From the IMG/VR virus record IMGVR_UViG_3300033182_000674, positions 62,001 through 126,000 of that record: a stretch of 64,000 nt of DNA, one strand, 5' to 3'. The position numbers were made by a program, and so were the translations under genes. Within the stretch, counting starts at the first letter, position 1; every line of letters begins with the position of its first letter. Shown piece after piece: positions 20,131 through 30,729 of this stretch. Below the pieces are notes generated by a model. It did no database searches and was not told where the DNA came from. It saw nothing but the letters and a program-made list of their open reading frames with translations.

Positions 20131-23118
20131 TTATAGTCTTTTATACATAAACTGCATATATAAATCTTCACCTTTTTGTGTGGTTCCAATTGCAGTTACA
20201 TCGACTGTTAAATAATCACCTTGATTCATACTAATAGATTGATTAGTAACATTTGCTGTAGTTTCACCTGCATTAAAATCAAATGCTGATGCTAAATTAC
20301 CATTTTTCTTAGCTTGAATAGTTACAGTATTATCTGCTGCAGTGCCTAGTTTAGCAGTAATAACAGATATCTGTAAATTATATGGTGCGTACCATCTAGT
20401 AGAACCAGTTAATAATTCAAGTTCACCAATAGTATGAAGATTAATTGGTGTTAATAACTCATCTTTAATTTGTGCGGTAACATCAGATGCAGTTACTTTA
20501 TCTGATGTATTAGTTTTAATAATGTCTTCAATCTTAGCTTTTAATTGTGGTGTCTCATCTAAATACTCACCAATATCTTTTGCTTTAAATGTTTTACTTG
20601 CTGCATCAAATACAAGTGTCATATTATCAGATGAATCAAATCCTGGCTTAGGTCTAACTTCTACAATTTGATCATGGCCTTCTTGATAATGTTGTAAGTA
20701 TAATCTTAAACGACCAGTACCATCTGATTCAGTCTTAAGATCTTTAATTGTAATTTCACCTTGCATTGCAGCATGAATACCACATTGATAGTACATTGTG
20801 TCAGGTGCTGAATCTGGAATAGTCCATACTAATTGTCCGTGGCCACCATCACTACCTTCTGCTCTTGAATTAACAACACCATGAGTATACTCGCCATAAT
20901 AACTACCACCAGCAAAGTTAGTTCCATCATCTGTTGTTAAATAGAATGGATGTCCAGAAGTATTACTATCTAATACAAATGTGTATGTACCACCTCTATA
21001 GAATGGTCCAAGATCTGTATTTCTACCAACTTGATGTCCGAAGTTATGATAATATGAAACATAAGCGCCTGGATTATCACTATCAAATGACATATAATAA
21101 TTTAAGTTTGGCAGTGTTAATTCTGGAATCGTAATATTTTCAGGCACAGTAAATTGTAATCTTTGTACTTGTGTTGCATTACCACCATTAATATCTGGAT
21201 GAGTAACAGAAGTACTATCATAATTAACCCAATCTACATTATGATCTAATCCTGCAACAGAAATCCATTTCAAGAATAACCCATGTGTTTGAGTCATATT
21301 ACCATGTAATTCATGAGCAAAGTTATTAATAATATAAGAACCTTGTTTATATAATGGTACTGATGATTGAATTTGATTTGTAATTTTTGTTCTTTGGTAT
21401 GAAGTACGACCTGCATCCCATGTCCAAAACCAATTAGTTCCATGACCAGCTAATGGGAAGTCTGCATTTAACACAAATGTTTCAGGTACAATTTCAGTAT
21501 CGAAGTTTGACATTTCTTGTAATTTAGTAGGAACTTGAGTATCACCCAATTTAGTTCCTTCAGGTAATTTAATACCGCCGCTAGTTGAATCTACTTCAAT
21601 CGCTGCTTCACCAATTTTAATACCACCAGTAGGTGTTGCTCCAAGTGCTGTATTACCAAGATAAATTGTACCAGTTGATAAATATAAATCTCTAAACTTA
21701 TGATTAGAATCACCTAAATCATAAAGCTCGTCGCCAGTTGGAATAATATTACCAGTGATAGTGAAACCTTGGTTATTGGTATCTAATGCAAAATTATATG
21801 TACCATCTGAAATTTGATTTCCACTTAATGTTGCATTACCACCATAAAACTTGTTAAAGTTATACATTACAAGTTCAGCACCAGAATCTAATCCTTGTAC
21901 TAATGTAATTGTATTAGCATCAGTTTGTGTATAGTCAGTACCAGCAAATAAGTTAATACCATTTAAGAATACAATTAGATTATCTTGGCTATAATTTAAT
22001 GAGTTACCATTAATATCTGGACCAGTAAATACAGACTGATTCGAATCAGCAACATACTTATAGTTTGTTACTTCTGTTACAGTTTTATATTCGCCAGCAA
22101 TATTATCTCTAACATAATTTAAATGAGTTGAATCAATTAAATCATTTAGGTCAAAACTAAATTTAGAATAATTATTTTGAATTAATACTTCATTACCAGC
22201 ATTCAATGAATCTAAAATAGTAATTGAAGAACCATCAGTAGCAGTAAAGTCTTGACCGTTTGTTAATAGAATACCATTTAAGAATACGTTAGCACTACCA
22301 GGATTATATGATAATGGAGTACCTGAAGCATCATTGCCAGTAAAGGTGCTTTGTCCTTCTATAGTCACATATCTAAATGACTGGAAGTTAATTTCTCCAC
22401 CTTTATATGGAAGGTTCCAGTGATTTGCAAATGATTGTATAGTAAACTGATCATTTAATGCAGCAGCTTGAGTTAAATTAATTGTATTATTAGAAACAGT
22501 ATAATCAGCTGGTGCAGATAACATTACACCATTAATAAAGACTAATATTGCTGCATCATTAATTTCTAATAAATTACCATTATCATCATTACCAGTTAAA
22601 GATGTTTGGCCTTGAGTAGTAGTAAAGAAATAAGTTGCAATAGATGATTTACCAAGATATAAATCACCAACTCTTGATGAAATATAATCAGAGTCAAAAT
22701 ATAATTCTAAGTTTGTATCTGATGTAGGATCATATGTAACAACCGTAATTTCATCATTTAAATTTGCGTTAAACGTTAATGTAATAGATGATCCAGAAAC
22801 AGTATAGTCATCGGTTTCAATTAAGAGAGCGCCATTCAAAAATACCGCAAGGTTTTGTCCAGTGAAACTTAATACATCACCATTATCATCACTATCAGCA
22901 AATATTGTTTGATTAGCTGTTGCGGTATAAACATATTGTTCAACACCGCCAGAAATAAGTTGGCCGCTACCTCCTGTAATGCCAAGAGCATTAACAAAAT
23001 CAACGTCAACAGTATCTTCAATAAGATTAATCGTCTGTTGAGAGTCAACAGAGCCTACACCGCCGCCTTCATTAATAAGCTTCAGTGTATCAAATAGTAA
23101 TCTAGCTTTAGACGACAT
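20131..23118 (-). CDS. Large tail/baseplate-associated protein with tandem repeats and a cupredoxin-like domain
   Basis: Four repeats of Y.A...Q..F.G.D.NG..L......VF.NG..L....DY; I.P..D..YDLG....FRDLYLS; GHPFYL...YYQCGIHAAM. Confidence 0.7.
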   Translation of the reverse strand: MSSKARLLFDTLKLINEGGGVGSVDSQQTINLIEDTVDVDFVNALGITGGSGQLISGGVEQYVYTATANQTIFADSDDNGDVLSFTGQNLAVFLNGALLIETDDYTVSGSSITLTFNANLNDEITVVTYDPTSDTNLELYFDSDYISSRVGDLYLGKSSIATYFFTTTQGQTSLTGNDDNGNLLEINDAAILVFINGVMLSAPADYTVSNNTINLTQAAALNDQFTIQSFANHWNLPYKGGEINFQSFRYVTIEGQSTFTGNDASGTPLSYNPGSANVFLNGILLTNGQDFTATDGSSITILDSLNAGNEVLIQNNYSKFSFDLNDLIDSTHLNYVRDNIAGEYKTVTEVTNYKYVADSNQSVFTGPDINGNSLNYSQDNLIVFLNGINLFAGTDYTQTDANTITLVQGLDSGAELVMYNFNKFYGGNATLSGNQISDGTYNFALDTNNQGFTITGNIIPTGDELYDLGDSNHKFRDLYLSTGTIYLGNTALGATPTGGIKIGEAAIEVDSTSGGIKLPEGTKLGDTQVPTKLQEMSNFDTEIVPETFVLNADFPLAGHGTNWFWTWDAGRTSYQRTKITNQIQSSVPLYKQGSYIINNFAHELHGNMTQTHGLFLKWISVAGLDHNVDWVNYDSTSVTHPDINGGNATQVQRLQFTVPENITIPELTLPNLNYYMSFDSDNPGAYVSYYHNFGHQVGRNTDLGPFYRGGTYTFVLDSNTSGHPFYLTTDDGTNFAGGSYYGEYTHGVVNSRAEGSDGGHGQLVWTIPDSAPDTMYYQCGIHAAMQGEITIKDLKTESDGTGRLRLYLQHYQEGHDQIVEVRPKPGFDSSDNMTLVFDAASKTFKAKDIGEYLDETPQLKAKIEDIIKTNTSDKVTASDVTAQIKDELLTPINLHTIGELELLTGSTRWYAPYNLQISVITAKLGTAADNTVTIQAKKNGNLASAFDFNAGETTANVTNQSISMNQGDYLTVDVTAIGTTQKGEDLYMQFMYKRL

Positions 23119-23137
23119 ATATTATAGTTCCAACAAA

Positions 23138-24871
23138 TTATTTACGTAAGTCTTTAAACGATTTATTAAGTACATTCTCGTTTTTGAGCTTGCCTCTCTT
23201 TTGTAACTCTCTTTTAGCAGCCATTGCGTGAGCACCACCTTTCTTTGCAAGAGTGTAAAGAGAGCTATCAGACATTTTAGATACCATCATATTCTGAGCT
23301 ACTGAATACATACCTTCATTAGTTTCTTTTTCTTCTTTAGGTACACAGTTAGGAACTTTCTTACCATTCTTATCTTTCATACCAACCATTTCATAATCTT
23401 TCCAACATGGATCATTATCTTCTTTTTTGGTTGTTGCCATACCTTTAGTAGCACCAGGCTTCTTCATATCTGATTTAGCTGCTGCTCTTGCTGCTTTTGC
23501 ATCTTGACGATTAATTTTTTGTGCAGCCTTTTTAATCATATCATAGCGTGCTGGATTACCTGCTTCATCTAATTCAACAGACTCTGGTAATTTACCACGT
23601 TTAACACTATTCTTTTGTTGCCATGAAATATTCTGCTTACCAAGACCTTTCTTAGCTGCTTTCTTTTGAGCTTTATCAGTATCAACGATGTTCTGAGCAT
23701 AACCACGTTTAGCCATCTTAGGATCCTGCGCCATGTGTGCATCGCTGCGCTTCTTAGATTGCTTTTCGCGCCACTTGTCGAACTTGTCACCTTTCATTTT
23801 AAGAGCACGATCATGGTGAGTATACTTACCACCAAATACACCTTGCTTATCTGCATACTTAGCAGCAGAACCAACTGCTTCTTCAATCTCTACTTCTTCA
23901 CTAATAGTACCATTAGCACGGAATTGACGCAGACTAGCAATTACAGAACTATGTGCTTGAGCAGAAGCAGTAACCCATAGGTCTTTACCTTTACGCTCAA
24001 CTTTAGCATTCTTATCACGCTCTTTAATTGAGTTCTCAATATACTTATCTGTTTTGTCTACATCATATTTAAATCTATGTTGACCAACAGGAACTTTACC
24101 ACCACGGAGTTTAACTTCTACTGCCTCATCGATTTGAAATTCAGTTTCTTCTTTCAAACCTGCTTTATGCATAAGTGATCTATGCATAGCTGGATCATGC
24201 TTTTTAATGATAGACATAACTTTATCACGTGGATCTGTATCCATACCACGAATATGTTTAGCAGCTTGATGTACAGCACCTGGATTACCAGTTTCTGAAT
24301 GATGTGCTAATTTACCAGCAACATGATGGAAATCTTTCTTATCGATACCACCACTCTTAGTACCATAATCATGAAGAGCTGCAGCAGCTTTAGACTTGGT
24401 TTTCAAACCTTCTTCTACTTCTTCTTTTTTTGATGCACCAGCTAAACCTTTCTTAGCAAGATGTTTGGCCATATTTTTGATAGGGTTGCCAAATCTGTCT
24501 TTACGCTGTTGACCAGGTTTTACTGTTTTATAAGGTTTTGAAAAAGGTGGTTTAACATCTTCGCTGAAATAATCTTGATAATCAACTGATTCATGCATAT
24601 GTGCTTTATTCTTAGTTCTATAATTTTGAACAGCTCTATTAGCAGCACGATCACCACTTTTTGAATAAGCACTTAAATAAGCATCAGCTTCACCTTTAGC
24701 ATGTTCAGGCTTCTTATAAGACCCGCCGCCATGATACATTGTATGGCCTTTAGTTTTATGTTTAATCTGAGCTCTATACCCACCTTTATGTCCTTTATCA
24801 GCATGAGTAGTATAGTCGGATGCGTAAATTGCTTCCTCTAAGCCTGTTTTAAAATTCTTAAAATTTTTCAT
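23138..24871 (-). CDS. Probable internal head polyprotein
   Basis: Capsid-targeting-like N-terminus MKNFKNFKTGLEE; basic modules separated by acidic (V/I/L)xE motifs; late promoter at 24906-24913. Confidence 0.6.
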   Translation of the reverse strand: MKNFKNFKTGLEEAIYASDYTTHADKGHKGGYRAQIKHKTKGHTMYHGGGSYKKPEHAKGEADAYLSAYSKSGDRAANRAVQNYRTKNKAHMHESVDYQDYFSEDVKPPFSKPYKTVKPGQQRKDRFGNPIKNMAKHLAKKGLAGASKKEEVEEGLKTKSKAAAALHDYGTKSGGIDKKDFHHVAGKLAHHSETGNPGAVHQAAKHIRGMDTDPRDKVMSIIKKHDPAMHRSLMHKAGLKEETEFQIDEAVEVKLRGGKVPVGQHRFKYDVDKTDKYIENSIKERDKNAKVERKGKDLWVTASAQAHSSVIASLRQFRANGTISEEVEIEEAVGSAAKYADKQGVFGGKYTHHDRALKMKGDKFDKWREKQSKKRSDAHMAQDPKMAKRGYAQNIVDTDKAQKKAAKKGLGKQNISWQQKNSVKRGKLPESVELDEAGNPARYDMIKKAAQKINRQDAKAARAAAKSDMKKPGATKGMATTKKEDNDPCWKDYEMVGMKDKNGKKVPNCVPKEEKETNEGMYSVAQNMMVSKMSDSSLYTLAKKGGAHAMAAKRELQKRGKLKNENVLNKSFKDLRK

Positions 24872-24923
24872 TTTGTTAAACCCTATCAGTTGTTTGTTAT
24901 TATACTATTTATAGTTATTTTAA

Positions 24924-27860
24924 TTAGCCATTCCATGTAGCCATTGAGCTAAATGTATTGTGAACATTTTGTACTTCACTTTGAGATAATTCAACATCCC
25001 AGAATAATATAGCTTGAATTTCATAACCAGATGACCAGCTTAATCCGTAATTGTTCAATTGGAAACCATTTGATGATGCGCCGCCAATTCCCGTTATAGC
25101 ATATGAATTAAATAAATTAGCATCCATCGCATTCCAAGCAGCTTGTCTATGTCCCACGTTTGTACCATTTACATATTGTGCAGTCCAAGTATAACTATTT
25201 CCAAGGTCTGAAGACGATGATGGATCCATTACACCTATATATTGCGACCCGCCAGGACCCCATAAAACTGTTTGATTATCGGCACCGTCATTGGGTACTG
25301 ATAATATTATAATAGCGGTATTAACATTACTAAAGATATTAGTATCGAATGGAATATTAGTATTAGTTGCAATATTAAGTACTGTAGTACCACCTATTCC
25401 AGCACCATAAGTAGCAGATCCAAGGGTAATAGTTTGATCGTTACCCGCCGCACTTAAATCATATAAATCTGTTCCAGTGCCAGGATAGCTACTTGTCTTT
25501 CTAAAATCATACCAACCAATCAAATTAGCTAATTGTGGTAAAGGAAACGCAAGTGATATTGTTGAATATGCTGAAGAGAAATTTAATCCATCAGTTGCAG
25601 TAAATCTAGCAGTAATATCACCAGAATTATTAAGATCAGAATCCGGAGTTAATGTAAATGTACCATCATTATTGTTTACGATTGTAACTTTAGTTTGATT
25701 AGATGGATTAATATCAACATCATATGTTATAGGGAAACCTTCTGGATCTTCTGCTGCAATTGTTAATGTTGATGCAGAATCTCCTATATTTAAGCTTAAT
25801 GTTGAAGGTGGGCTTGTTGTCCATAATGGTGAATCATTAGGACCACTATAAATTTGTTTCCAAGCTGAACCGTCCCAAACATATAATGTTTTAGAACCAG
25901 TAACAAATGCTAAACTACCAGCAGTATCTGGGAATGGTAGTTGTGCTTCAGCCGCATATTCTTCTACACCTTGTGGAATAGTTACTCTAGCTGCAACATA
26001 ATCAGAATCAACAACTGCTGCAACATTTGATTCAATATTATTCCAACCTAAATCATTAACTGCAGTATTAACAATTGAAGTTAATTGAGTATCTGGAATT
26101 TCTCTAATATAATATTTACTAAATGATGTTACTACCAATTCATCGTTTAATGACGCTGCTGGTGAAAGTGTTATAACTGTGCCATTTGTTGCAGTGTAAT
26201 CATCTGATGTTAATAACACACCATTCAAATGAACTAAAATATTTCCAGGATTATATGATAAAGTATTACCATTATCATCGCCATTAGAGAAAGCAACTTG
26301 CCCCGCAGTGGCAGTAAATTTAAATACATCTACTGTAGCTTCAGTATCAGGGAAACTATTATCTAAATAATTAGCTACCTTACTATTAATATAATCAGAG
26401 TCTAAATCAATATTAAACATCTGAGACATAGATACAATTAAGATCTCATCATTAGCATTAATAGCTTGCTGAATAGTTACTGTTGATCCATCATTTGCTG
26501 TATAGTCAGGACCTTCTACAATTAATACACCATTTAAATAAATTAAAATGTTACCATTATCATATGATAAAGTATTGCCATTAGCATCACTACCAGAGAA
26601 TATAGTCTGGCCTTGAGATGCAAGATATCTAAACTTTTGTAATCCTAATGTAGATGGAAAATCTGGTAAGTTAAGTGGGACATAATGTGCAACACGATTA
26701 TCAATATAAGATGAATCAATAATATCAGAAGCTTCTAATACATAACGTGTTTTAAAATTATGAATATTAACTGCATCTTGAGAATCTAATGCAGCATTAA
26801 ATACAATAGTATCACCTGCAGAATATGTTGTATAGTCATTTCCTTCAGTAAGTAAAATACCATTTACAAAGACTTGAAGATGACCAGCATCATAATTTAG
26901 TGTATTACCATTAATATCTAGACCAGTGAATTGAGTTTGACCTTGAGATGCAAAGTACTTAAACTTATCAATCTCTCTAGTACCGCCATAGATTTCATTG
27001 ATTCTATTTAAAACATAATTTGAATCAATAATATCTTCATACGCAAAATTAACTTTAACATTTGTTGTTACGATTGTAATTTCAGTATCAACCGCTAATT
27101 GAACAGTTGTTGTAATCTTTGAAGGACTGGTTGAAACAACATAGTCTTCGGTTTCAACTAATAAAACACCGTTAGAATATACATCAATCGTTTTATTAAC
27201 TAGATCTAATGTATTACCATTTGCATCAGTTCCAGTATATTCAGTTTGTCCAGAAGTTGTAACATAATGATATTTAGTTACATCAATTTCGCCTGGAAAA
27301 TCTAATGGAACATTAGGTGATAAGAATAATGTAGAGAAAGAGTTAATATAAATCTCTTCTCCAGCAAGAGCAGGTGTTGTTAATGTAATTGTATTACCAT
27401 TAGAAACGGTATAGTCTTCGCCTTGAATATAAAGAACACCATTTGAAAATACTTGTACAGCATTATCTTCAAAAGCTAAAGTATTACCATTTGCGTCCAA
27501 ACCAGTAAATTGTGTTTGATTTGCTGTAGCGACAAATTTAAAGTAATTAAAGAATCCTTGACCGACAAGTACTTGGCCATTAACCTTATTAAGAATATAA
27601 TCAGAATCAATAATTGCTTCTAATGATGCTGAATCGATTGTACCAGATCCACCACTACCAAAAGTAGCATCTCTAAATTCGAATTTATTTGTGGTATCAT
27701 TCCAAACAATAACTTGATTATCAGTAGCAGTATCAGTATCGATTCCTAATCCAGGCAGACGTAAACGATCGCTTGAGCTATCGCCCAAAACAATATCGTT
27801 AGCTGGTGCACTAGCAGTTAACGTAAAGACTTCAGCAAGTGATCTACCTTTTGTCGCCAT
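24924..27860 (-). CDS. Large tail-associated protein with five tandem repeats, Ig-like module and C-terminal lectin-like domain
   Basis: Same repeat as 20131-23118 plus LYVWDG, AEDPEG and WYD.....SYPGTG...DLS modules. Confidence 0.7.
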   Translation of the reverse strand: MATKGRSLAEVFTLTASAPANDIVLGDSSSDRLRLPGLGIDTDTATDNQVIVWNDTTNKFEFRDATFGSGGSGTIDSASLEAIIDSDYILNKVNGQVLVGQGFFNYFKFVATANQTQFTGLDANGNTLAFEDNAVQVFSNGVLYIQGEDYTVSNGNTITLTTPALAGEEIYINSFSTLFLSPNVPLDFPGEIDVTKYHYVTTSGQTEYTGTDANGNTLDLVNKTIDVYSNGVLLVETEDYVVSTSPSKITTTVQLAVDTEITIVTTNVKVNFAYEDIIDSNYVLNRINEIYGGTREIDKFKYFASQGQTQFTGLDINGNTLNYDAGHLQVFVNGILLTEGNDYTTYSAGDTIVFNAALDSQDAVNIHNFKTRYVLEASDIIDSSYIDNRVAHYVPLNLPDFPSTLGLQKFRYLASQGQTIFSGSDANGNTLSYDNGNILIYLNGVLIVEGPDYTANDGSTVTIQQAINANDEILIVSMSQMFNIDLDSDYINSKVANYLDNSFPDTEATVDVFKFTATAGQVAFSNGDDNGNTLSYNPGNILVHLNGVLLTSDDYTATNGTVITLSPAASLNDELVVTSFSKYYIREIPDTQLTSIVNTAVNDLGWNNIESNVAAVVDSDYVAARVTIPQGVEEYAAEAQLPFPDTAGSLAFVTGSKTLYVWDGSAWKQIYSGPNDSPLWTTSPPSTLSLNIGDSASTLTIAAEDPEGFPITYDVDINPSNQTKVTIVNNNDGTFTLTPDSDLNNSGDITARFTATDGLNFSSAYSTISLAFPLPQLANLIGWYDFRKTSSYPGTGTDLYDLSAAGNDQTITLGSATYGAGIGGTTVLNIATNTNIPFDTNIFSNVNTAIIILSVPNDGADNQTVLWGPGGSQYIGVMDPSSSSDLGNSYTWTAQYVNGTNVGHRQAAWNAMDANLFNSYAITGIGGASSNGFQLNNYGLSWSSGYEIQAILFWDVELSQSEVQNVHNTFSSMATWNG

Positions 27861-27861
27861 A

Positions 27862-28140
27862 TTAATATTCTCTTATTTGTAATACTAAATTAGTTTTGCC
27901 TTTAATTATACGATGATATTCACATGATTCAATATGAAATTCATCACCTACTTTTAGATCAAATGGAATTTCATTATCATATTGGAATTTCCATCCTTCT
28001 CCTTCTAGAACTTCTACGGTTCTATTATTTTCATCCCTATGCCACACAAGTTCTTTTGACGAAACGTCTTTATCAAATTCTCTAATAATATAACCATCTT
28101 CAACAACCTGTGTGTAAGGTCTATTAAGATTTTCTACCAA
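27862..28140 (-). CDS. Small cupin-like protein
   Basis: LVWHRD...R...V.EG.GW.FQ.D...YHR.IKG. Confidence 0.65.
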   Translation of the reverse strand: MVENLNRPYTQVVEDGYIIREFDKDVSSKELVWHRDENNRTVEVLEGEGWKFQYDNEIPFDLKVGDEFHIESCEYHRIIKGKTNLVLQIREY

Positions 28141-28925
28141 AAGAAATTGCCTCCACCACTAAGTCCTAATTGTTTTGCATAATATGGTAATCTACATGAC
28201 CAATAACCTGATGAAGTCTTGTCATTTTTTTGATCACAATTATGTCTTGCAACGAAAGACTTACGCGCTGCAGGGTCATCGATCTTAGCCTTAAGGCCAG
28301 TTGTATCTCCAAAAGAAACCTTTTTAACATTACCTGTTTTTGGATCTTTCACATAAACATAAAACTTTTTAGCGCCACCACGCTTTGGTTTATTAAGTTC
28401 TACATCTTTTTCTTCGTTAATTTTACCAACGATTTGCGCATCTACATCAACTGCAGATCCATCTTTAATTCTGAACTTAGCAGTACGTTTATTTGGTAAT
28501 TCTAGAGTAATAAATTGTTTACCAACGTTCTTAACTTTAAGTTTGTATTTACCAGACTTGCCGATTGGTCCAGAAGCAGTTAGATTAACTTCTACAGTAT
28601 CGCCTTTTTGAATATTCATCTTTTTCATAAAAGGACCCATACGTACTTCGTTAACGGATTCTCTTTCCATCATTGGACAATCTAAAGGTACATGCTTTCC
28701 TTCATACATATCAAATAAACCAATATCAGTTTGTTCTAATAAAAACTTATCAATTCCTTCTGGAATATATGTACCTTCTTCCATTTGTTTGCGTGCTTCA
28801 GCAAATAAAGCATAATAGCCTTCTGAACCAACACGAAAAACATTTTCATTTAATGGAATACCTTTTTCGATATGATACTCTAAATTTAGAGATGCATCAT
28901 TATTATATGTCTTAAATGTTTTCAT
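28134..28925 (-). CDS. Probable internal head protein (conserved C-terminal KF.VYV...KKV.FG...RKSF.ARH.C domain)
   Basis: MKTFK start, multi-module layout with VNE/INE boundaries. Confidence 0.6.
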   Translation of the reverse strand: MKTFKTYNNDASLNLEYHIEKGIPLNENVFRVGSEGYYALFAEARKQMEEGTYIPEGIDKFLLEQTDIGLFDMYEGKHVPLDCPMMERESVNEVRMGPFMKKMNIQKGDTVEVNLTASGPIGKSGKYKLKVKNVGKQFITLELPNKRTAKFRIKDGSAVDVDAQIVGKINEEKDVELNKPKRGGAKKFYVYVKDPKTGNVKKVSFGDTTGLKAKIDDPAARKSFVARHNCDQKNDKTSSGYWSCRLPYYAKQLGLSGGGNFFW

Positions 28926-29356
28926 CCGAATTCATGTCCTGCAACGCGTCTCATTTCTTTTTTAAATTGTTCATATGAAGGCTTTTCTTTATATAACTTA
29001 ATAGAAATTTCTGGTCTATCTTTACCTTTAATTCTCCAGTTATAACCTTTTTCTTTATGTTCAGGTTTAGTTGTTTTTACAACTCGTCTTTTATAACCAG
29101 CTTCCCAGCTTTCTGAACCTTCATCTAAACTTTCGGTAACCATATTAGCTAATTCTCTAGCATCAACACCATTATATTGTTTTGCTATTTGAGAAGCATA
29201 ATATTCAATACCATGTTTCTTATCTTTCTTTTTACGTGCCCATACTTTTTTTAGTGTATCAGCAGCATGCTTATAAGCTTTCTTATGAGTTAGCTTACTT
29301 ACACCTCTGGTAAACCAATTACCATCTTCTTCTATATAGGACTTAAACGTTTTCAA
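28922..29356 (-). CDS. Probable internal head protein
   Basis: MKTFKSYIEE resembles the T4 capsid-targeting sequence; two basic modules split by ESLDE. Confidence 0.6.
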   Translation of the reverse strand: MKTFKSYIEEDGNWFTRGVSKLTHKKAYKHAADTLKKVWARKKKDKKHGIEYYASQIAKQYNGVDARELANMVTESLDEGSESWEAGYKRRVVKTTKPEHKEKGYNWRIKGKDRPEISIKLYKEKPSYEQFKKEMRRVAGHEFG

Positions 29357-30729
29357 TTCTTTTTACCACGCTCTTTAGCCATTAATGCTGCCAATTTACC
29401 AAGAGTATGTTGATCTTTATGAGTCATATTATCTCTTTTTCTTTGGTCTAATTGTCTATTCATAGACTTACCATACTCAGCAGATGATTCATTCTTTTCT
29501 TTGCGTTCTGCATCTAAGAAAGCAGCTACTGCCATTTTCTTACGCTCATCTTTATCTTTACCTTTAAATTGAGGAGCATCGGATGATTGAAAATCTTTAA
29601 CCCAAGCACCCATTCCATCAGATACTTTAAGAACTTCATTTACACTTTCTTGATGATCAGAATTTGCAACCTTTTTACGTTGCTTTGGAATCATCTTAAT
29701 TCTCATTTTACCCATAGCATCTCGATATGTTACAGGTTTCTTATCAGCAGAAGTTACAAAGTTTGCTGTATTAACATCGCCAGATGCTTCATCAATATCA
29801 TCTTTTCCTGTAGCTTTTGCTCTAAATGCTTTCTTTGCATCAGCAGGAGTAACTCTATCAATACTCTTAATCATTTCTTCTGGCTTCTTTAATTTTTGTC
29901 TAAGAGAAGCTTTAATTTCGCCAGCTGATCCACCATCAATATACATCTTTGGCAAACCTTCAATGTCTACTTTATATAATGCTTCATTAACATCTTCTTT
30001 CTTCAACGCTTCTTTTTCACGTTGGTGTTTATCTGCTAATGATTCTTTTTCTCTGGCATGCTTAAGTTTTAGTTGAGCCTTTTGTGCTTCTGATGCAGCT
30101 TCTTCAACTTGCTCTTCTTTTAACTTACCTTTCATTGCACCATACATTTTATCGCTTTTACCTGCTTCGCGATCCTTATCTTTTTTCTTTTCAGCATCTG
30201 TAGGTGGTGTATATCTTAAAGAGCTAGATTGTTTTTGTTTAATTAAACGACCTAATGTTCTTGGTCTGCTCCAAGCTTCATCAACGCTTTCAAATTTCAT
30301 ATCATCAAGATCTAAATCTTTTACATCTTCTTCATCTTCAATATCTGACTTATTAGCCATCATATAATCTCTAACAGTATCTAAATCTTCCATAGCTCTA
30401 GAGATTTTTCCCTGACACCATTCAGGAAGATTTTCATCATCTTCCATCATATCATGTAATTCTTCTGCAGCATCAGCAATAACAACTAAATGATCTTTAG
30501 CCATATCACCTTCATTATCATATTCATCATCGTCTTCATACATTGCATGATAGTTTCTATAGCCTTCATGTAGTTTACTATCTAAACCACCAGCAAGTGC
30601 ATCGAATAATGAGAAGGCTGAGATGTTTTCGATTTGCTCCATCTCTTCAGCCAATTTAATAAACTCTGGCTTATTTGCATTATGAGCAATAGCCGATCTA
30701 AAAGTATTAAGCCATTTATCTGCTGACAT
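29353..30729 (-). CDS. Probable internal head polyprotein
   Basis: Modules separated by ESVDEA, EQVEEA, EDVNEA, DIDEA, ESVNEV. Confidence 0.55.
   Translation of the reverse strand: MSADKWLNTFRSAIAHNANKPEFIKLAEEMEQIENISAFSLFDALAGGLDSKLHEGYRNYHAMYEDDDEYDNEGDMAKDHLVVIADAAEELHDMMEDDENLPEWCQGKISRAMEDLDTVRDYMMANKSDIEDEEDVKDLDLDDMKFESVDEAWSRPRTLGRLIKQKQSSSLRYTPPTDAEKKKDKDREAGKSDKMYGAMKGKLKEEQVEEAASEAQKAQLKLKHAREKESLADKHQREKEALKKEDVNEALYKVDIEGLPKMYIDGGSAGEIKASLRQKLKKPEEMIKSIDRVTPADAKKAFRAKATGKDDIDEASGDVNTANFVTSADKKPVTYRDAMGKMRIKMIPKQRKKVANSDHQESVNEVLKVSDGMGAWVKDFQSSDAPQFKGKDKDERKKMAVAAFLDAERKEKNESSAEYGKSMNRQLDQRKRDNMTHKDQHTLGKLAALMAKERGKKN

Noticed and set aside
9608-27860. Diversity-generating retroelement acting on the adhesin genes
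   Set aside because: No reverse transcriptase in the window, and the repeats lie in shared chassis modules without an adenine-specific mismatch pattern
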